DNA from: an uncultured Lachnospiraceae bacterium
Lineage (GTDB): Bacteria > Bacillota > Clostridia > Eubacteriales > Eubacteriaceae
Direction: 5' to 3'
Length of the DNA: 64,000 nucleotides
Assembly (NCBI GenBank): GCA_964510565.1
Contig: CAZEBY010000007.1
Coordinates: 2,511 to 66,510, forward strand
The stretch's first letter is position 1; every line of letters begins with the position of its first letter. A model generated the notes under the pieces. The model was not told the origin of the DNA, ran no database searches, and saw only the letters and a program-made list of their open reading frames with translations. Shown here one piece after another: positions 59,735 through 64,000 of this stretch. The translations under genes and the position numbers were made by a program.

Positions 59735-61711
59735 CTATCTTCGGTAATTTTTGAGATGATGGATTTCGTCCCGCAGTTTGGCGGCCCGTTCAAATTCCAG
59801 CGCTTCGGCCGCCGTCAGCATTTCGACTTCCAGTTCTTTAATCTTCAAATCAATATCCATCGCTTCATCACCAATTGCATAGGTTGCCGGTTCCTCAGCC
59901 ACCTTGGTTGCCTCGATAATGGAGCGGATCTCTTTTTTGACCGAGCTGGGGGTAATGCCATGGGCCTCGTTGTAGGCGCTTTGGATACCCCGACGGCGGT
60001 TGGTTTCGCTGATGGCCCGATCCATCGAGGGCGTAATCTGATCGGCATACATAATGACATGACCTTCCAGATTACGGGCCGCCCGACCAACCGTTTGAAT
60101 CAGAGAAGTTTCTGACCGCAGGAAACCTTCTTTGTCAGCATCCAGAATCGCCACCAGTCCGACCTCCGGCAGATCAAGACCCTCCCGGAGCAGGTTAATG
60201 CCCACCAGTACCTCAAAAGTACCCAATCGTAAATCCCTTAAAATCTTCATCCGCTCAATCGTATCCACATCCGAATGGAGGTAGTTCACCAGAATGCCGT
60301 TTTCTTTTAGGTAATCGGTGAGATCCTCGGCCATTTTTTTTGTTAACGTGGTGACCAGTACCCGATTGCCCATAGCGGTGGTCAATTTGATCTCTCCAAG
60401 CAAGTCATCGATCTGTCCCGCAACCGGGCGAACCGTAATTTCCGGATCGATCAGACCGGTCGGGCGGATGATCAGCTCCACGGTATTCTGACTGTGTTCT
60501 TTTTCATATTTGCTGGGAGTCGCCGTTGTGAAGACAATCTGATTGATTTTGCTTTCAAATTCAGAAAAATTCAGCGGCCGGTTATCATAGGCTGAGGGTA
60601 GCCGGAAGCCATAGTCCACCAGGTTGCTCTTACGGGCCTTGTCGCCGGCATACATCCCACCAATCTGGGGGATCGAGACGTGGGATTCATCGGCAATGAT
60701 CAGAAAGTCCTTGGGGAAATAATCGATCAGGGTATAAGGCGGTGATCCCGGTGGCAATCCGTTAATGTAGCGGGTGTAGTTCTCAATGCCGTTGCAATAG
60801 CCCATTTCCCGAAGCATTTCAATGTCATAATTGGTCCGCTGCAGAATCCGCTGAGCTTCGACCAGACGATTATTTTGCGTATATTCGTCATAGCGCTGCC
60901 GCAGTTCCTCTTGGATGCCGGCAATCGCCCGCTCCAGATTTTCCGGGGTGGTGGTATGGTGAGAAGCCGGGAAAATCGAGACGTGCTTCAGTTCCCCATA
61001 GATCTCGCCCGTCAGGGTATCAATCTCGGTAATCCGCTCAATTTCGTCACCAAAAAACTCCAGCCGGATCGCTTTGTTTGTCGAAGCTGAGGGAAATATT
61101 TCCAGAATATCCCCTCTGACCCGAAAATTATTTCGCTCAAACGCAATGTCGTTTCGGGTAAACTGAATATCCACCAGTTTACGGATAATCATATCCCGAT
61201 CTTTTGCCATCCCGGGACGAAGGGAAAGCATCATGTTTTCATAATCAAAGGGACTGCCCAGTCCATAAATGCAGGACACACTGGCTACCACAATCACATC
61301 GCGACGCTCAAACAGGGCCGCTGTAGCAGAGTGGCGTAATTTATCAATTTCGTCGTTGATGGACGAGTCTTTTTCGATAAACAGATCCGAATGGGGTACA
61401 TAGGCTTCCGGCTGATAATAATCATAATAGCTGACAAAATACTCCACCGCATTGTCCGGGAAAAAACTCCGGAACTCATTGGTCAGCTGGGCCGCCAGGG
61501 TTTTATTGTGGGCAATTACCAGGGTTGGTTTTTGCACTGCTTCAATCACCTTGGCCATAGTATAGGTTTTTCCTGAACCGGTGACCCCCAGCAAGGTTTG
61601 ATATTTCAACCCCTCCTTGATTCCTTTGGCAATTTTTTCAATTGCCGGTCCCTGATCACCCTTAGGTTCATATTCTGATACAACCTTAAATGCATGCTTC
61701 ATTTCTTTCAT
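59735..61711 (-). CDS. uvrB: Excinuclease ABC subunit B
   Basis: [37 protein letters not shown]-terminal UVR. Confidence 0.97.
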   Translation of the reverse strand: MKEMKHAFKVVSEYEPKGDQGPAIEKIAKGIKEGLKYQTLLGVTGSGKTYTMAKVIEAVQKPTLVIAHNKTLAAQLTNEFRSFFPDNAVEYFVSYYDYYQPEAYVPHSDLFIEKDSSINDEIDKLRHSATAALFERRDVIVVASVSCIYGLGSPFDYENMMLSLRPGMAKDRDMIIRKLVDIQFTRNDIAFERNNFRVRGDILEIFPSASTNKAIRLEFFGDEIERITEIDTLTGEIYGELKHVSIFPASHHTTTPENLERAIAGIQEELRQRYDEYTQNNRLVEAQRILQRTNYDIEMLREMGYCNGIENYTRYINGLPPGSPPYTLIDYFPKDFLIIADESHVSIPQIGGMYAGDKARKSNLVDYGFRLPSAYDNRPLNFSEFESKINQIVFTTATPSKYEKEHSQNTVELIIRPTGLIDPEITVRPVAGQIDDLLGEIKLTTAMGNRVLVTTLTKKMAEDLTDYLKENGILVNYLHSDVDTIERMKILRDLRLGTFEVLVGINLLREGLDLPEVGLVAILDADKEGFLRSETSLIQTVGRAARNLEGHVIMYADQITPSMDRAISETNRRRGIQSAYNEAHGITPSSVKKEIRSIIEATKVAEEPATYAIGDEAMDIDLKIKELEVEMLTAAEALEFERAAKLRDEIHHLKNYRR

Positions 61712-61733
61712 CTGCACCCTCCCATTCATCAAT

Positions 61734-61778
61734 GAACATTCGTTCCATCATTCTATCATAGCTTTTTTTTAATGGCAA
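61734..61778 (-). promoter_or_regulatory. uvrB promoter with Gram-positive LexA box
   Basis: GAAC-ATTC-GTTC at 61734-61745 just downstream of TTGCCA-N17-TAGAAT. Confidence 0.8.
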
Positions 61779-61860
61779 ATAATAATCCCTATCATTTAAA
61801 AAAATCTTAATTATTCTTCTCACATAGAAAAAGCATGCCGTGATGGCATGCTCTTAAAAA

Positions 61861-63060
61861 TTAATTGGTACCACTGAGAACCTGCAGGGCCTTTTGCAGC
61901 TGGACATCTTCTTCGTCAGTGAAAATATTATTTTTCATAAAGTCGGTGGCTTCGATCACGATATTCGGTTCTAAACCTTTTTCGTGAATGTTGTTGCCAT
62001 TGGGTGTGAAATACTCAGAGTTAGTCACTTTAAACCCGCCACCATCGGTGAGGCTGATGATTTCCTGAACAATGCCTTTGCCAAAGGTCTTGGTTCCGAC
62101 CAGTTGGGCAGTGCCCGTATCCTGGAGGGCGCCTGCCAGTATTTCGGCCGAACTGGCTGATCCGCCATCCACCAGAGCAACCATCGGCAAGTTAAGTTGT
62201 TCAGTGCCATCAGAGGTATACTCGGTTCTATTGCCGTTTTTATCAACCGTATAAACCACCATGGTTTCACCGAGAATCCGGTCGGCAATTTCCACCGCTT
62301 CATTGACGCCACCACCGGGGTTGCTGCGCAGATCAATGACCAGGCCGGTAATATTCTGGGCCAGCAATTCGTTAAGCTGAACTTCGAAGTCGTCAGCGGT
62401 TTTATCGGTAAATTCACTGATCTGGATATAGCCCTTGTTGCCGATTACTCGAGAATCCACCGTTTTTGCTTCAATGGTTTTGCGCACCAATTGCATATCA
62501 ATCATTTCTTCACCACGCAAAAGGGTGAGATTTACAGTGGTATCCGCCGGCCCCTTTACCTTGGCCACCACCGCATCTGAACCGATGGTACTGACATCCT
62601 CACCATCCACCTTGACAATCTTATCGCCTGTTTTTATCCCTGCCTGATCAGCCGGTGTACCTTTCTGGGGGGCAATCACATAGGTCACTCCCTGGTCATC
62701 TTCCGTCACCACCACGCCAATGCCTTCATAAACGCCGGTGGCCATTTCCATATACTTCTTAAATTCTTCAGCGGTAAAATAACTGCTGTAGGGATCACCC
62801 AGGCTGTCAAACATCCCTTTGATGGCTCCATCCATTATGGTGGTGTTATCGACATCCTTATAATACTCCAGTCCAATCTGTTCTTTTAATGCCAATAGTT
62901 TTTTTATCCCGGCAGCCGTTTCACTGCTGTCAACCGTTACGATCAGCTTGTTGCCGATCAGAAAATTGCCGGTTGTAGCCACTGTGAAGGTGATGATATT
63001 TGTGATGATCAGCACCACAATTACTACGATGAGCTTGGCTTTTTTTGACTTATTTTCCAT
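61861..63060 (-). CDS. ctpA: S41 C-terminal processing peptidase (PDZ)
   Basis: N-terminal TM, LGDPYS, DLRSNPGG, SASSAE, TFGKG. Confidence 0.92.
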   Translation of the reverse strand: MENKSKKAKLIVVIVVLIITNIITFTVATTGNFLIGNKLIVTVDSSETAAGIKKLLALKEQIGLEYYKDVDNTTIMDGAIKGMFDSLGDPYSSYFTAEEFKKYMEMATGVYEGIGVVVTEDDQGVTYVIAPQKGTPADQAGIKTGDKIVKVDGEDVSTIGSDAVVAKVKGPADTTVNLTLLRGEEMIDMQLVRKTIEAKTVDSRVIGNKGYIQISEFTDKTADDFEVQLNELLAQNITGLVIDLRSNPGGGVNEAVEIADRILGETMVVYTVDKNGNRTEYTSDGTEQLNLPMVALVDGGSASSAEILAGALQDTGTAQLVGTKTFGKGIVQEIISLTDGGGFKVTNSEYFTPNGNNIHEKGLEPNIVIEATDFMKNNIFTDEEDVQLQKALQVLSGTN

Positions 63061-63100
63061 TGATTCACCTTATCCTAAATTTTAATGATTATGCAAATAA

Positions 63101-63136
63101 AACAGGAGAAAAGAATCATGATTCTTTTCTCCTGTT
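63101..63136. terminator. Perfect 36-bp palindrome between M23 gene and ctpA
   Basis: aacaggagaaaagaatca|tgattcttttctcctgtt. Confidence 0.7.
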
Positions 63137-63163
63137 CTTTCTTAATAGTCTACAATGTTTCGC

Positions 63164-64000
63164 TTAAAAATATCCTAAAGGATCGACAAATGATCCGCCC
63201 GACAGCACCCCAAAGTGCAGATGCGCACCGGTGGAATCCCCAGTTGAGCCGACGTAACCAACCACATCACCTTTATTGACGGTTTGACCTGCCGATACAG
63301 CAAATCCGCTCATATGAGCATACATCGCCTGAATGCCATTGCCTAAATCGACAATCACACAATTTCCATAACCACCATTCCAGCCAGCTGATAAAACCGA
63401 ACCATTCCCCATCGCCAGAATTGGCGTTCCTGATGGCGCCGCCATATCAACTCCATAATGGGTTCGGTAATCACCCCAGATCGGGTGTAACCGGGTACCA
63501 AAGAAGTCATCATCAGCTGACGGATAATAACCCGGGCATGGCCATTGATAGGTTCCGTTTGATGGGATAAAGGTTGTCGCACCACCAGTGGTTGATCCGC
63601 CAGCAGACGCCATCATTTGCCGGATCTGAGCCTGAATGTTGGCTGCATTGGCAGCTTCAGCATCGACCACTGCACGATACTCCGCAATGACGGCCTGATT
63701 TTGGGCAATCAAACTGTCTTTTTGAGCCTTGATTTCCTGCTGCTGGGCTAAGGCTGTTTCCTGTTCGGTTTTTTTAGCAACAGTTTGCAGCCGATCAGCT
63801 TCAATTTTAGTCTTCTTTTCATCGATAATTTTTTTCGTTTCAGCCAGAGCATCCAACGATGCTTTATCGGATTCAATGATATAGCGGGACATATCAACCT
63901 TGGTTACAAAATCCGCAAAATCGCTTGATGTAAATAAGAACTCGAGCATGCTGCCATTTCCGTACATGTACATTGTCCTGACACGTTCGTTCATGGCTTC
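63164..64000 (-). CDS. Coiled-coil + M23 peptidase (EnvC/PcsB-like), 5' end outside window
   Basis: HYGVD, GGYGN, YAHM, GSTGDSTGAHLHF, DP. Confidence 0.88.
   Translation of the reverse strand, partial: EAMNERVRTMYMYGNGSMLEFLFTSSDFADFVTKVDMSRYIIESDKASLDALAETKKIIDEKKTKIEADRLQTVAKKTEQETALAQQQEIKAQKDSLIAQNQAVIAEYRAVVDAEAANAANIQAQIRQMMASAGGSTTGGATTFIPSNGTYQWPCPGYYPSADDDFFGTRLHPIWGDYRTHYGVDMAAPSGTPILAMGNGSVLSAGWNGGYGNCVIVDLGNGIQAMYAHMSGFAVSAGQTVNKGDVVGYVGSTGDSTGAHLHFGVLSGGSFVDPLGYF

Noticed and set aside
506-63585. Numerous short track ORFs antisense to or frame-shifted within recognised genes (e.g. 29162..29722, 35116..35664, 44902..45627, 50032..50553)
   Set aside because: Shadow ORFs of well-supported genes; no RBS or recognisable motifs

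Overview
Chromosomal window from a low-GC anaerobic Firmicute. Gene style and content suggest an Acetobacterium/Eubacteriaceae-like acetogen, which is my inference and not proven. Left to right: (i) 1-14.6 kb is an AT-rich flagellin-glycosylation island: maf, a full GDP-type legionaminic-acid pathway, an N-deacetylase/N-formyltransferase pair, a methyltransferase, a decayed DUF2920 gene, a 10-bp VNTR and an AlbA_2/Schlafen-ATPase-HTH gene running off the left edge. (ii) 14.7-41.8 kb is a minus-strand flagellar/chemotaxis cluster that unusually starts at fliK, preceded by a c-di-GMP-I riboswitch, with a MotS-like (Na+-type) stator. It lacks flgBC-fliEFGHIJ, fliL, flhFG, cheA/R, fliW/csrA and fliD/S. 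(iii) 42-64 kb holds housekeeping genes: Na/Pi cotransporter, T-box-controlled glyS, a 4x[4Fe-4S] protein, prfA, degV, PHP, hprK, uvrC, csp, feoAB, uvrAB, ctpA and an M23 peptidase. The intergenic DNA holds two repeat families: GTAG-type REP hairpins and a ~100-140 bp rod-like MITE with IS1182-like ends that sits next to palindromes. No rRNA, tRNA, CRISPR array or intact transposase was seen. All family calls are by motif recognition only.
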